Shown here piece by piece: positions 48,905 through 59,299 of a stretch of DNA of 64,000 bases. Location: positions 288,001-352,000 of the forward strand of contig CAWIIP010000001.1 of assembly GCA_963836235.1 (NCBI GenBank), given 5' to 3'. The stretch is from an uncultured Pseudomonadota bacterium. GTDB lineage: Bacteria > Oederibacteriota > Muellerivitia > Muellerivitales > Muellerivitaceae. Below the pieces are notes generated by a model that was not told the DNA's origin, searched no databases, and saw only the letters and a list, made by a program, of their open reading frames with translations. A program made the position numbers and the translations under genes. How positions within the stretch are numbered: position 1 is the stretch's first letter; every line of letters begins with the position of its first letter.

Positions 48905-50800
48905 TTACCGAAGAAGAGCCACCCAAAGGCTCTGACCAAGGGAGGGATACCATAATCCTTCGCTTGAGACAAAGGCCAGTTTGGCTCCATCGGGTGAGAT
49001 GGCGGGAGCATGATCAGATATTTGGGCCGGGATGAGATTTAAGACCGTTCCAAGGTTTGCGTCCAAAATTTTGATATTGATAAATGGCCCCCAAAACCCA
49101 AGGTCCATGCTTTGCCATAAACCTTCATGTTTTTCTTCGAAAATGATTTGTTGGGAATCCGGATTCCAAGCTAGGGTGCCTATCGATGCATTGGTCTCAT
49201 ATAGTTTATCTCGCTTCGTTCCATCGGTCCTCACGATATTGATTATGTTTTTATTCCCGTTTTTTGTTAAATAAAGATATCGAAAGCTATCCGGTGATGG
49301 AATGACCTTGAGTACAGTTCCTTCCGGTAAAAATTTTTCCCCCTGAACTTTTTCTAAATCCGATTTTAAGAGTTCTCTTTGATGAGTTTGCAAATTAAGA
49401 ACATAAAACAACCCATGGACACCATCGGCATAGGCAACTTCCTCATCGGTTTTGGACCAGGATGGGTTTTTTTTCGGGTTTTCAATGTTGACCCAAGAAG
49501 GCGTGTGGATGGGGTTTTCGGATGTTAAAAGAGTTTTAAATTTTCCGGTCGCAAGAGTCCAAACTTTTAACTGATACTTTCCGCCATTTTGTGTGACAAA
49601 GAGAAGTTGACCGTTTTTATCAGACCAAGGCAGACCATCTTCAAAAGGTTGCATACCTTGGATTTTCAACGGCGTGGAAGTTCCATCGGTGGCGTTCACT
49701 TTCCAAACTCCCCGCTGACTATTTTGGACTTTATCAATTAAAAGAAAATTGCCTTTCTGGACAAAAAGGGATCGAAAATCTTGTTCTCCGGCTGCAACCC
49801 TAAACGATGGAAGCGTTGGGATGTCAGGGTTCTGGTTTATGTCCTCGACTTGGAGTGTCCAGCCGACGGAATCTTTTTGTGTAAGAGCGATTTTAATATC
49901 ATCGGGTTTTGCTTTGTTCTGAAAATAATTCATAGAGGTAATACTGCCTTGAAGGCCTTTAGTAGTGGGGATCAACCCGACTAAGTTGGCTTGGGGATTA
50001 GAAAAGGGTAAAGCGTGCCAACCTACATGCCCCAATAGAAATATGGACACAACTAGGCAAGTGATTTTAGGCCACGCGCCCAGTTCCTCCACACCCTTAA
50101 TTTTTATAATCGCGCCAATTAAAACCGTGATCAGGGCAAGTAGTCCCACTAATAAACTTAGGAATACCATTTGGGCAAAAATCCAAAGGGAACAAGAAAT
50201 ACCAGCCAAAACAAGGGCCACTACAGCCATCCGAAGACCTGCAATGGATGGGAACCGGTTCATGGAATGGGATACTAAGTACCACAAAATATAAACAAAA
50301 AATAAAAAAACCAAAAATACAAGACCCATTGGGTTTGTAATCGGCTTTACCCATCCTAAACCGACTGGAAGAGCGTAAAAGAAACAACCAATTTGGAAGA
50401 AAAAAGCCTGGGCTGAAATTAGAGGGATTTTCCAGGCATGCGGGCTTTTCTTATTTTTCTTCTGGTCGGAGGTATATTCTGCTGCCGCCATGCTTCGAGC
50501 CAAACCTAAAAAAAAGAATCCGATTCCAATAATAAAATAGGGTAGATGTGGGAATAGTTGGTCCAAAATTGGTTTTAAAAATGAGGGAACCCAAGTGGAA
50601 TGGAGCTTGACCACAAGGCTTAAAATAACAAACCCCATGCCAAAAACGAGACAGGTTGTTGTGGTCATGAGTTGAACTGCTTTTTTAGACCATTCCGAAT
50701 TTTTTTTAGGTTTTGCGGGGGAAACGGATACCGTGGGAGCGGGTTCTGGAGTTGTTGGAACAGCCGGTGTATTGGTTGGCGGATTAATTGTTTCGGCCAC
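48905..50800 (-). CDS. Multi-pass membrane protein with C-terminal TolB-like beta-propeller
   Basis: About 7 TMs, then WSD/PSW/SPD/WNPD/ISPDG blade motifs. Confidence 0.7.
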   Translation of the reverse strand: MAETINPPTNTPAVPTTPEPAPTVSVSPAKPKKNSEWSKKAVQLMTTTTCLVFGMGFVILSLVVKLHSTWVPSFLKPILDQLFPHLPYFIIGIGFFFLGLARSMAAAEYTSDQKKNKKSPHAWKIPLISAQAFFFQIGCFFYALPVGLGWVKPITNPMGLVFLVFLFFVYILWYLVSHSMNRFPSIAGLRMAVVALVLAGISCSLWIFAQMVFLSLLVGLLALITVLIGAIIKIKGVEELGAWPKITCLVVSIFLLGHVGWHALPFSNPQANLVGLIPTTKGLQGSITSMNYFQNKAKPDDIKIALTQKDSVGWTLQVEDINQNPDIPTLPSFRVAAGEQDFRSLFVQKGNFLLIDKVQNSQRGVWKVNATDGTSTPLKIQGMQPFEDGLPWSDKNGQLLFVTQNGGKYQLKVWTLATGKFKTLLTSENPIHTPSWVNIENPKKNPSWSKTDEEVAYADGVHGLFYVLNLQTHQRELLKSDLEKVQGEKFLPEGTVLKVIPSPDSFRYLYLTKNGNKNIINIVRTDGTKRDKLYETNASIGTLAWNPDSQQIIFEEKHEGLWQSMDLGFWGPFINIKILDANLGTVLNLIPAQISDHAPAISPDGAKLAFVSSEGLWYPSLGQSLWVALLR

Positions 50801-50839
50801 AGAAGCCTCCGTTAGATGATTTGTCGACTAAAAACTATT

Positions 50840-51820
50840 TTAAAAAGCCCTGTATTCCAATAAATTTTCCCCTTCCCATTTTGAGAAAATAGAAAAGGGT
50901 AATAATCCCTTAAGATATTGCTCAAACCTGGCCGGGTGGTCGAAGCAAACTGTTGGTTCACCTTTCATTCCAGCCAAATCGGCGGTCAGTTGAACCGCAT
51001 CTTCGTAATTACCCAGCTGATCGACAAAACCTAACTGAAATGCTTTTTCACCGGTCAAAACCCGACCATCGGCGTAAGGAAGAATGTAATTTTTAATTTC
51101 CTGGTCAGTCACATCACTCGGTTTTTTACCCAATGACTTGGCCGCGTGATTTTGAAAAGCTTCACGACGGCCCTGGACAACGGCGTCTAAAAATTGGCCA
51201 AAAACATCATTAATCGTTTCTTGGACATATTCCCTTTCTTGGGGAGTCATGGGACGGTCCATTGATCCAGTGTCCTTAAATTTACCGCTTTTAATCGTCT
51301 GGTAGTTTAATCCAACTTTTTTGAATAAACCGGAGGCTTCCGGTACGTGCCAAATGACCCCAATTGACCCTGTTAATGTCCCTGGATTTGCCACGATTTT
51401 ATCGCAGGCGGAGGCAATGTAATAGGCACCCGAAGCGGCTAGACTCGCCATGCTGGCCACTACGATTTTTTTGTCTTGACGGGCGCTCAAAATTTCAGAA
51501 TAAATCTCCTGGGAGGGAGCCACTACCCCACCAGGGCTGTCCAGCCTTAAAATCAACGCTTTTTGAGAACTTTTTCGGAAATGTTTGATCAGCCGTACAA
51601 GGTCATCACTTTGATAAATAGGCCCTTCTATTTCGATAAGGGCGATCTCGTTGCTTGAGGAGAGCAATGATCCGCTTCCCGCTTTTCCAAATAAGTGCTG
51701 GATGGCGACGACTAAAAAAACAAAGCTTGTAACTACAAAAACACCAAAAATAAGAAGAACATAAAGAATAGTCTTATTTTTTTTGGGTGGTTCAGTTACG
51801 GGGCTTGGAGCAAGTTTCAT
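50840..51820 (-). CDS. sppA: Signal peptide peptidase SppA (S49)
   Basis: LDSPGG, AASGAYYIA, TGSIGV, KSGKFKD, GFVDQLG. Confidence 0.93.
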   Translation of the reverse strand: MKLAPSPVTEPPKKNKTILYVLLIFGVFVVTSFVFLVVAIQHLFGKAGSGSLLSSSNEIALIEIEGPIYQSDDLVRLIKHFRKSSQKALILRLDSPGGVVAPSQEIYSEILSARQDKKIVVASMASLAASGAYYIASACDKIVANPGTLTGSIGVIWHVPEASGLFKKVGLNYQTIKSGKFKDTGSMDRPMTPQEREYVQETINDVFGQFLDAVVQGRREAFQNHAAKSLGKKPSDVTDQEIKNYILPYADGRVLTGEKAFQLGFVDQLGNYEDAVQLTADLAGMKGEPTVCFDHPARFEQYLKGLLPFSIFSKWEGENLLEYRAF

Positions 51821-51877
51821 GGAAAAGCTATGGTAACAGACCGCTAAAACCGATGCAATATTAAGACGCCTAGGGTC

Positions 51878-53263
51878 TTAGCGATTAACCCAAGTTAAGA
51901 CAATTTTTCTCAATATCCGGCCATCTTTGGAAAGGACCGCATAATAAGTTCCAAAATCCATTGTTTTTCCTTCCTCATTAGTTCCGTCCCAAGTCGCCCA
52001 GTCGTCCTTTTGGGTCGAAATATTTTTTTGATAAATGGTTTTTAGGGGCCTATTTTGCTCCGACCAAATGTCTAATTGGTAAGTTCCAATACCATCCAAG
52101 AAAAGCATATAAATGTTAACCGGTATTGAATTAAACCGGATGGTGGAGGGTCCGTTGGGATTAGGCGGAACCGTGACCGAAGTCGTGCGGGTGTCGGCGG
52201 TTAACCGGCTTTGGGCTGGCGGAGTGGAACGGGATAACTGGAGCGAGGAGGTGGATTGGGTGGTTAAAACAGGGGGCCGGGTCCCTATTTCAGTACAAGG
52301 GCAATTCTCTCTGTCACCAAGCCAGGTGGCGATGGCGGGAAAAAACTTTCGAGTGACATTTTTGGCCTTCTCAAATTCACGAATATTCCCTTTGGCGGTT
52401 CCGTCAGCGGTATAGGAAAACCAACCCGACTCGTCCCAAATGGGTCCGTCTGGTTGATTTTGCTCCTCCATTCCCGGCTGCCAAAGGGTCCACATAGTGG
52501 CATCCCAAACCATGAACAACTTTTCTTCACCGCAGGAGGTCGGACGGATTTGTTCGCCCAACTGGGTCCCTTTCCATCCCGAAACGATAGACCGGTTAAC
52601 TTGTTCATCCCCTTCCCAATCCTTGCGGGTATCCACAAAGCTCTCGCCAGTCAATTGAGCCAGGGGGATTCCGCCTACAAAGGCCCCAAAAAAGGAGGTG
52701 GGACCTAGGCCCGGATGAACTGGGTAGAAGGCAGCTTCATTCGTAGTGCTATTGCCATCTCGGGAAGGTGGGCAAGTATCATAACTATTTTTGACGGCAC
52801 CGATTTCCTTCAAAAATCGATAGAGACCCTCATTCCGGTCCCCCAATTGATAATGCTCAGCAGCAATAAATAATTTGCCGCAGTGATTCAGGAAGAAAAT
52901 GGCTTTTTGGCGCCAGTGGTCATCAAAATAATCGGCGGAACTGGGTAAACCCTCTCCGCAATTTCGGGTATCGTGATCAACAAACCGCATATCCCAGACT
53001 TGATCGTAGGGGGCGCCCCAATTATCGCCGGTTGGGTCGCGGTTTTCGTTTTTGACGTCAATGGTGGTAACGCAATTGCCGACGATCCGAAGAATATTGA
53101 CGCATTCCAATAGGCCGCCATCGGTCCCATCGGAGCTATTGTAGTAAAAAAGTATTTGATAACCTTGGGAGAAGGTCGGGATCCAAAAGACACATGAAAG
53201 AAAAGCAAAAAGGAAACAGACTTTAAAAGTCATTTCAAGACCTATTTCGTCACGGAGACACAA
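51878..53263 (-). CDS. Secreted protein with C-terminal FlgD-Ig-like domain
   Basis: Signal peptide (start probably ATG ~53233), Thr/Ser/Pro linker, WDGTNEEGKTMDFGTYY. Confidence 0.7.
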   Translation of the reverse strand: MCLRDEIGLEMTFKVCFLFAFLSCVFWIPTFSQGYQILFYYNSSDGTDGGLLECVNILRIVGNCVTTIDVKNENRDPTGDNWGAPYDQVWDMRFVDHDTRNCGEGLPSSADYFDDHWRQKAIFFLNHCGKLFIAAEHYQLGDRNEGLYRFLKEIGAVKNSYDTCPPSRDGNSTTNEAAFYPVHPGLGPTSFFGAFVGGIPLAQLTGESFVDTRKDWEGDEQVNRSIVSGWKGTQLGEQIRPTSCGEEKLFMVWDATMWTLWQPGMEEQNQPDGPIWDESGWFSYTADGTAKGNIREFEKAKNVTRKFFPAIATWLGDRENCPCTEIGTRPPVLTTQSTSSLQLSRSTPPAQSRLTADTRTTSVTVPPNPNGPSTIRFNSIPVNIYMLFLDGIGTYQLDIWSEQNRPLKTIYQKNISTQKDDWATWDGTNEEGKTMDFGTYYAVLSKDGRILRKIVLTWVNR

Positions 53264-53362
53264 GGTGAAATTCGGATTTGCTTTAAGTTGGTAAAGTTTC
53301 TTTATGTCTCTTTTAGTCTGTTTACAAATTTTGATGGGTGATCAAAGAAAAAAATAATCCAC

Positions 53363-54244
53363 TCAATAATAGTAATCGCCCAAATCCTCAAATTTCGCTT
53401 TAGTATCGTTCCATTGGTAAATCGAAACAGTTTGGCGAAAGGCACCGTCAAAATCATTATCAACTAAATTGTATCGTTCCTTAATCCTGGTTTTTAAGTC
53501 CTCGGGATAAATGACATCAGTACTGCTGACAATTTCCAGGTTTCCGTCTTTGGCCAAATCTTTGTAGAGGGTATAGCCTTCCAACCACGTATTAAGTTTT
53601 AACTCCGCCTTAATGTATTTCTGGACATCAATAAGTTCGGGGTGGTCAAACAGCTGATCGTTTTTCCCTTTAAGGGCGTCCGTATCTAGGCGATAAAACG
53701 TCTTATCCACCCGGGTTCCGCCGCCAAAAATACCTATTTCAAAGAAATAGGGTGATGTTTTACCCAGCGTGATTAATCGGGCAGAACCTGGATAGCCTTC
53801 TCCATGCAAAAGATGTTTGTATTGAAGACCGACTTTAATGTAGATATCTGAGCTGGAATGGAGCTTATCCAACTCGTCCGCATAGTCTGCGGTTAAAAAC
53901 ATTTCAGGGCCAGCTTGGGAAAGGTAAAGGGCAACCAATGGAACTTTAGCGCCGTCTCTGCTTTGATTCTCGTGAGGAATCCCCCATTGGGAAGCCATAC
54001 TCAACTTCAGCCTTCTCAAGTGGACGGTGGGTTTATGCCAGGTTGACACGAAAAAATGATGTTTTTTCGCGCGGATTTGCTTGATGAAACTCTGAACATC
54101 CGTGGTAAGGCTAGCGTTGTGCCGGTCCACCCAAACTTGGGATATTTCTTTGCGATCTTGAATTTCACTGTTAGTTAGGGCTAGAGAAACACCCGGGAGT
54201 AACGACAACAGAATGGATAAAAGTAATAACGCACTTTTTTTCAC
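53363..54244 (-). CDS. Secreted hypothetical protein
   Basis: GTG at 54244 behind GGGGAGG RBS, signal peptide, DLAKDGNLEI (EF-hand/FG-GAP-like) segment. Confidence 0.6.
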   Translation of the reverse strand: MKKSALLLLSILLSLLPGVSLALTNSEIQDRKEISQVWVDRHNASLTTDVQSFIKQIRAKKHHFFVSTWHKPTVHLRRLKLSMASQWGIPHENQSRDGAKVPLVALYLSQAGPEMFLTADYADELDKLHSSSDIYIKVGLQYKHLLHGEGYPGSARLITLGKTSPYFFEIGIFGGGTRVDKTFYRLDTDALKGKNDQLFDHPELIDVQKYIKAELKLNTWLEGYTLYKDLAKDGNLEIVSSTDVIYPEDLKTRIKERYNLVDNDFDGAFRQTVSIYQWNDTKAKFEDLGDYYY

Positions 54245-54373
54245 AACTAGCCTCCCCATCCTGGAAAAAGTACCGGCGTACCCCAATGAAGGGATCTCAT
54301 CCCGCCATGAGTTCGCCGGATAGTATATTAAAGAAACCGGGCAACACCCAAGAAAAGTCAGTTTTCTTTAGCA

Positions 54374-54817
54374 TTAATCCTTCCAGCAATTCCCTAAATA
54401 GCGAGAGCCGCCGGACCAACCGCTTTTTAAGCCATCCATGATTTCAAGTTTAACGTCTGGATTGACCTTCATTTTGGGAAATTCAGTAAGCGGATAAAAG
54501 GCGGCGTCCCTTAGGACGGCGTCAGGTGTCACGTGGATTTCAAATTGATCAGAAAAAACCACAAAATAAATATTCAAAACCTGCCGATGGTGGTCTGGTG
54601 GTATGGAATCGTGGACTAAAACCATCGGACCCACTTTAATGTTAAGCCCGACTTCTTCTTTGAATTCCCGAACAAGTGCTGTTTCAATCGTTTCGCCAAA
54701 TTCCACCCCCCCGCCGGGAAGCAACCAGTAACTTTTTTGATTTTTCTCGTGGCGTACAAGCAATATTTGGCCATCGTTGATCAAGATTCCCGCGGCGCGG
54801 ATTCGAATGTTTGGCAT
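54374..54817 (-). CDS. NUDIX hydrolase
   Basis: Nudix box GGGVEFGETIETALVREFKEEVGL. Confidence 0.93.
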   Translation of the reverse strand: MPNIRIRAAGILINDGQILLVRHEKNQKSYWLLPGGGVEFGETIETALVREFKEEVGLNIKVGPMVLVHDSIPPDHHRQVLNIYFVVFSDQFEIHVTPDAVLRDAAFYPLTEFPKMKVNPDVKLEIMDGLKSGWSGGSRYLGNCWKD

Positions 54818-54828
54818 GGTTCCCTGTT

Positions 54829-55767
54829 TTATTCTGTCATTTGCGTTGCAAGCACTTCGACGACGCTTTCGTTCCTTGGAAAATCATCCAGGTTCAACCA
54901 ACGCACTTCGTGCTGGTGCTTGAACCAGGTCCACTGGCGTTTGGCATACTGGCGGGTCCGGCGGAAAATTTTTTCCAGAGAAATCGGTTCACTAAACTCG
55001 CCTTTTAAAAAAGCCCGTGCTTCCGCATAACCAATGGCGCCCCAGACGGGATGGTCTAAGGGCAATCCCACTTCCATAAGTTTTTTGGCTTCTTCTAATA
55101 ATCCCCCACGCCACATGGTTTCGGCCCGGGTTCTCAAAACCAAGTCCAGTTTATCCTTTGACCGCTCAAAACCCCAAAATAAAACTTTCTCGGAACCCAA
55201 AGGATCGTATTCCACATTTTCTTGGGCAGTTTCAAAAGTTTTTTCCAAAGCCCTACCTATTCTTTGAATATCGTTTGGATGCAGCTTTTCGCCCCGAGCA
55301 GGGTCTCTTTCCTTGAGCCAGTTCAGGGCCTTTTCGCTGCCTAATTCCCTTATTTTTTCCAGGACGAGTGCCCGAATTTCCGGTTTGGGAGCGGAACCTA
55401 AGGGAGGGCCATTGACCAAGGCTCGGATGTAAAAGCCCGCGCCGCCCACCAGAATTGCTTTTTTTTTCCTGGCATGAATGGTCTCGATCGTTTTTTTCGC
55501 TTCTCGCGCGAATACCACCGCGTTCCAATTTTCGCGAGGATCACGGACGCCAACCAGATGATGCGGAACTTCCTTTTGCCACTCTTTCGAAGGCTGGGCT
55601 GTTCCCACTTCAAGTCCCCGGTAAATCTGGAAGGCATCCGCGGAGATAATCTCGGCCTTCGTACGTTTCGCTAGGAGAAAGGCAATTTCGGATTTTCCGA
55701 CACCGGTAGGCCCAACAAGAATGGGAAGTTTTAAGTTTTGAGGTTTAAGTTTTGAGTTGTCGGACAT
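54829..55767 (-). CDS. miaA: tRNA dimethylallyltransferase
   Basis: GPTGVGKS, ISADAFQIY, VPHHL, AIGY, TRQYAKRQWTWF. Follows mutL. Confidence 0.95.
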   Translation of the reverse strand: MSDNSKLKPQNLKLPILVGPTGVGKSEIAFLLAKRTKAEIISADAFQIYRGLEVGTAQPSKEWQKEVPHHLVGVRDPRENWNAVVFAREAKKTIETIHARKKKAILVGGAGFYIRALVNGPPLGSAPKPEIRALVLEKIRELGSEKALNWLKERDPARGEKLHPNDIQRIGRALEKTFETAQENVEYDPLGSEKVLFWGFERSKDKLDLVLRTRAETMWRGGLLEEAKKLMEVGLPLDHPVWGAIGYAEARAFLKGEFSEPISLEKIFRRTRQYAKRQWTWFKHQHEVRWLNLDDFPRNESVVEVLATQMTE

Positions 55768-55792
55768 AAAAGTTTTAGCCTTTAAACTCGGC

Positions 55793-57637
55793 TCAATGAC
55801 GGTCAAAGCGACGGTAAAGTTCGGATAAGGGAATTGAAAGAATAGTGGGTCTTCCGTGGGGACAGGTAAAAGGCAGGTTGGCTTCCCGCATTTGATCGAT
55901 CAGCCGTTTCATTTGGTCCTCATTTAAGCGGTCGCCCGCCATAACCGCGCTACGGCAGGACATGAAGGTGGCGGTCCTTTCCCTCGCTTGGTCCAGCCGG
56001 TTGGCGGATTTGATCCCGGATGTGTCCTGGGACGCCAAGTCATCAATCAAGTCCTTTACGATTGTCACCAGGTTTTTGCCCGCCAAGTCGGCGGGGACGC
56101 TGCGGACCAAAAAGGTGTTTCCGCCGAAAGGCGCCACTTCCATCCCTAATTCCATCAAGATTTCCTGGTTACTTTTGAGGACTTGGGCTTCTTTGGCGCT
56201 CAATTCCACCGTGATGGGCACCAAAAGTGGCTGGACTTCCAATTTTTTTTCCCAGACCGCCTTCATCAAACGTTCATAATTCAACCTTTCGTGTACGGTG
56301 TGTTGGTCGGCGATAAACATTTCCTGATCCGATTGGAAAACAATAAAGGTATTAAAAAGCTGGCTGAAGTTGTAAAGCGGGGTTTGGGGATCAATCCGGC
56401 GGGCTTGCAAGCCGGACTTTCCAAAGCCCATTGATTCAAAAGAGGTGTGGGAACCGGGAGATTCTACCGGCCTTTGGGGGAGTTTTTCGGCGATCCGGTT
56501 ATAAAGGACACTCGTCGGTGCCGGAGCCGACAAACCAGAAAAACCTTCGTTTAAAAAGCCGGGTTGGGATGGATCGCGGGAATAAACCGGATTGGTTGGG
56601 GTAAAAGAAGGCCCCGGTGACAAAGGTGAAGCGGGCGTTTGCAATGATCCCGGCGCCGAAAGCAAGGCGCTTCGAATGGAACGAACCACTGCCTCGTATA
56701 TTTCACGGTCTTTAGCGAATTTCACTTCTTTTTTAGTTGGGTGAACATTCACGTCCACCTGATCCTCTGCCACTTCCAAGAAAAGGACCGCAACCGGAAA
56801 CCGCCGGGTGGGCAGAAGGGTATGAAAGGCCGTCATAACCGCGTGGCCCAGCGAGATGTTGGAAATCCATCGGTGGTTGACAAAATAAAGCATATTTTCG
56901 CGGGTAGGTTTGGTGATAGTGGGCGCGCTGACCACACCATGGATTTTGAGCCCAGGTACCTGGAATTCCACCGACAGGAAGGAAGAGACCAATTCCCCGC
57001 CGAAAATCTTGGACAACCGGGCGGGAAAATCAGAGGGAGTAACTTGCAGGGACTCTTTGCCATCGATGGTTAATTTGAAGCCGACCTGGGGAAAAGCCAG
57101 GGCATAGGTCGTTAACACCATGTGAATGTGATTTTCCTCAGTGGTTCGTTTTTTCATGAACTTCAGGCGGGCAGGCGTATTGAAAAAAAGATTGGAAATG
57201 GTCAGGGTTGTTCCGACGGGGCGGCCTGTTTCGATGCTTTTAGGAGGCCCTCCTCCCTTAATTTTAACGGAGACGCCGGAAAGAGAGTCCGTAGTGCGGG
57301 TGGATAATTCAAAATGGGACACGGAGGCGATGCTGGCCAGGGCCTCGCCTCGGAAACCGAAAGTATGAAGATTTGAGAGATCTTCGACCGAAAAAATCTT
57401 ACTGGTGGCGTGTTTTTGGATCGCTAAAAGGGCATCTTCCGTTGCCATCCCTTCCCCATTGTCTGTCACCTTGATGAGCTTGAGGCCGCCTTCCTCGATT
57501 TCAACCTCCACCCAAGTCGCCTTGGCATCCAAGGCGTTTTCGACAAGTTCCTTGACTACGGAGGAAGGTCTTTCCACCACTTCGCCGGCGGCAATCTGGT
57601 TAATGACTTTTTCTGAAAGGGTTTTGATTTTGGACAT
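55793..57637 (-). CDS. mutL: DNA mismatch repair protein MutL
   Basis: NQIAAGEVVERP, GFRGEAL, DVNVHPTK, endonuclease DQHTVHER, CPHGRP. Confidence 0.97.
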   Translation of the reverse strand: MSKIKTLSEKVINQIAAGEVVERPSSVVKELVENALDAKATWVEVEIEEGGLKLIKVTDNGEGMATEDALLAIQKHATSKIFSVEDLSNLHTFGFRGEALASIASVSHFELSTRTTDSLSGVSVKIKGGGPPKSIETGRPVGTTLTISNLFFNTPARLKFMKKRTTEENHIHMVLTTYALAFPQVGFKLTIDGKESLQVTPSDFPARLSKIFGGELVSSFLSVEFQVPGLKIHGVVSAPTITKPTRENMLYFVNHRWISNISLGHAVMTAFHTLLPTRRFPVAVLFLEVAEDQVDVNVHPTKKEVKFAKDREIYEAVVRSIRSALLSAPGSLQTPASPLSPGPSFTPTNPVYSRDPSQPGFLNEGFSGLSAPAPTSVLYNRIAEKLPQRPVESPGSHTSFESMGFGKSGLQARRIDPQTPLYNFSQLFNTFIVFQSDQEMFIADQHTVHERLNYERLMKAVWEKKLEVQPLLVPITVELSAKEAQVLKSNQEILMELGMEVAPFGGNTFLVRSVPADLAGKNLVTIVKDLIDDLASQDTSGIKSANRLDQARERTATFMSCRSAVMAGDRLNEDQMKRLIDQMREANLPFTCPHGRPTILSIPLSELYRRFDRH

Positions 57638-57720
57638 GATTTCCAATGGTTATGGTGTTAAGGCGAACACAATGTAGTCAAAAAAAATAAAGTTTTAAAG
57701 ACCTGGGAAAGAATGAAGAG

Positions 57721-59292
57721 TTAATGGGCTGGATTTAATGCCGTAACTTCGTAGATCTGGACCTTTGAGGTTTTTCCCTTGAGTTTCGCGGCAGCGAGTT
57801 TTTTAACCTGGACTCGGTTACCCAGTTCCTGGAAGGTTTCTTCAGTGACGAAGATCTGATTTCCCTCGGTTTCGCCTTCTACACGGGCCGCGACATTGAC
57901 CATGTCCCCGATGGCGGTATATTCCATTCGGCGTTCGCTTCCAATGTTCCCCACGATCGCTTCACCAGTGTTGATACCGTATCCCACGGAGATTTGCGGT
58001 TTCTTCTCGGCCTTCCATTTTTCGTTCAAAAGGGCCAGCTTGGCCCGCATCTCAATGGCCGTTTTCACGCATTGATAGGGGCCGTCGGCCAATTCCAGGG
58101 GCGCCCCGTAAATGGCCATGATGGCGTCGCCGATAAACTTATCCAGGGTACCGTGATTGGCAAAAATAACATCTGACATCGCGCTGAAATATTCGTTCAA
58201 GAGGCCGACAATCGTTTCCACTGGTTCCTTTTCAGTGAGAGTGGTGAAGCCCCGGATGTCGCAGAATAAGATGGAAACTTTCTTTTTCGCCCCACCCAGG
58301 GAACTGGCGATATCGTTATTTTGAACCATGTCATCCACGATATTGGGTGAAAGGTAACGCTGGAGCGATGTCCGAAGGCGTTCTTCCCTTCTCACGTCGT
58401 CGAAGAGCTTGGCGTTGGCGATAGCCACTGCCGCTTGGTTGGCGAAGGCCGAAAGGAAGTACATATCCTCCTCGTTGAAGGTGGAGGTTCCTTCCGCTTT
58501 GTCCACGTAAATGACTCCGACGATATTTTCCCTTTCCCAAATGGGCACGCAGATGACCGAGGAAAGCGGCAGGGCCTTGAGGCTGTCCCGATTGGCGAAA
58601 CGGACGTCATGTACGGCATCAAGAACCAAAACGGGAACCCTTTCCTTTAAAACTGTATCTACGATCGTTTGGCTGTAAGGCGCTTGGGCCTCGGCAGGAG
58701 TCAAAGCATGGGTGGCTACAGGTTTCAGTTCACCCGTTTTTTCCCTCAAGAGCAGAAAACCACGATTGGCTTGCATGACTTTGATGGCCATGGCCATAAT
58801 GATGTTTAAGAGTGTCTTCAGTTCCAGTACCGAATTAACGATATTCCCCACTTCATAGAGGGTTAAGAGTTTTTTATGGGCCAATTCGTCGATTTTGGGA
58901 GTTTTTGATTCCGTCTCGTCTTTAGTCACCTCAACCGCGAAACGTAACCTTGTTCCTCCGATGGAAATGACATCCTGGTTTCGTAAAGGACTATCGTTGA
59001 TTTTGACGCCGTTGAGGAAAGTGCCATTTGTACTGCCCAAATCTCGAAGGTTGATTCCCCCCATCCCCAGAAGGATTTGACAATGTTGCCGGGAGACCAA
59101 GGGATCGGTAATCATGACCTCGCAGGTATTGGAACGGCCCATTGTCGTGGTGGGACGGGCGATCTTAAAAACTTGGCCTTGTTCCGGTCCCGCCAGGACA
59201 GTGATGACAATTTGGGGTTTTCCCCCGCTTTTTGGCGGTGTCAGGATGATGCGGCCCGGCATAGCGGGTTCGGGAGTGGTGGATGGGGTCAT
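57721..59292 (-). CDS. FHA-GAF-class III adenylate cyclase
   Basis: FHA GR...SRQH...DLGSTNGT, GAF, cyclase FCDIRGFT, DKFIGDAIM, YTAIGDMVNVAARVE. Confidence 0.92.
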   Translation of the reverse strand: MTPSTTPEPAMPGRIILTPPKSGGKPQIVITVLAGPEQGQVFKIARPTTTMGRSNTCEVMITDPLVSRQHCQILLGMGGINLRDLGSTNGTFLNGVKINDSPLRNQDVISIGGTRLRFAVEVTKDETESKTPKIDELAHKKLLTLYEVGNIVNSVLELKTLLNIIMAMAIKVMQANRGFLLLREKTGELKPVATHALTPAEAQAPYSQTIVDTVLKERVPVLVLDAVHDVRFANRDSLKALPLSSVICVPIWERENIVGVIYVDKAEGTSTFNEEDMYFLSAFANQAAVAIANAKLFDDVRREERLRTSLQRYLSPNIVDDMVQNNDIASSLGGAKKKVSILFCDIRGFTTLTEKEPVETIVGLLNEYFSAMSDVIFANHGTLDKFIGDAIMAIYGAPLELADGPYQCVKTAIEMRAKLALLNEKWKAEKKPQISVGYGINTGEAIVGNIGSERRMEYTAIGDMVNVAARVEGETEGNQIFVTEETFQELGNRVQVKKLAAAKLKGKTSKVQIYEVTALNPAH

Positions 59293-59299
59293 CGGGCTC

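Noticed and set aside
54300-54330. Fluoride riboswitch-like ATGAGTTCGCC on the + strand
   Set aside because: The 5' GGCGATG pairing strand and the downstream conserved element are missing, and the orientation is opposite to the adjacent gene.
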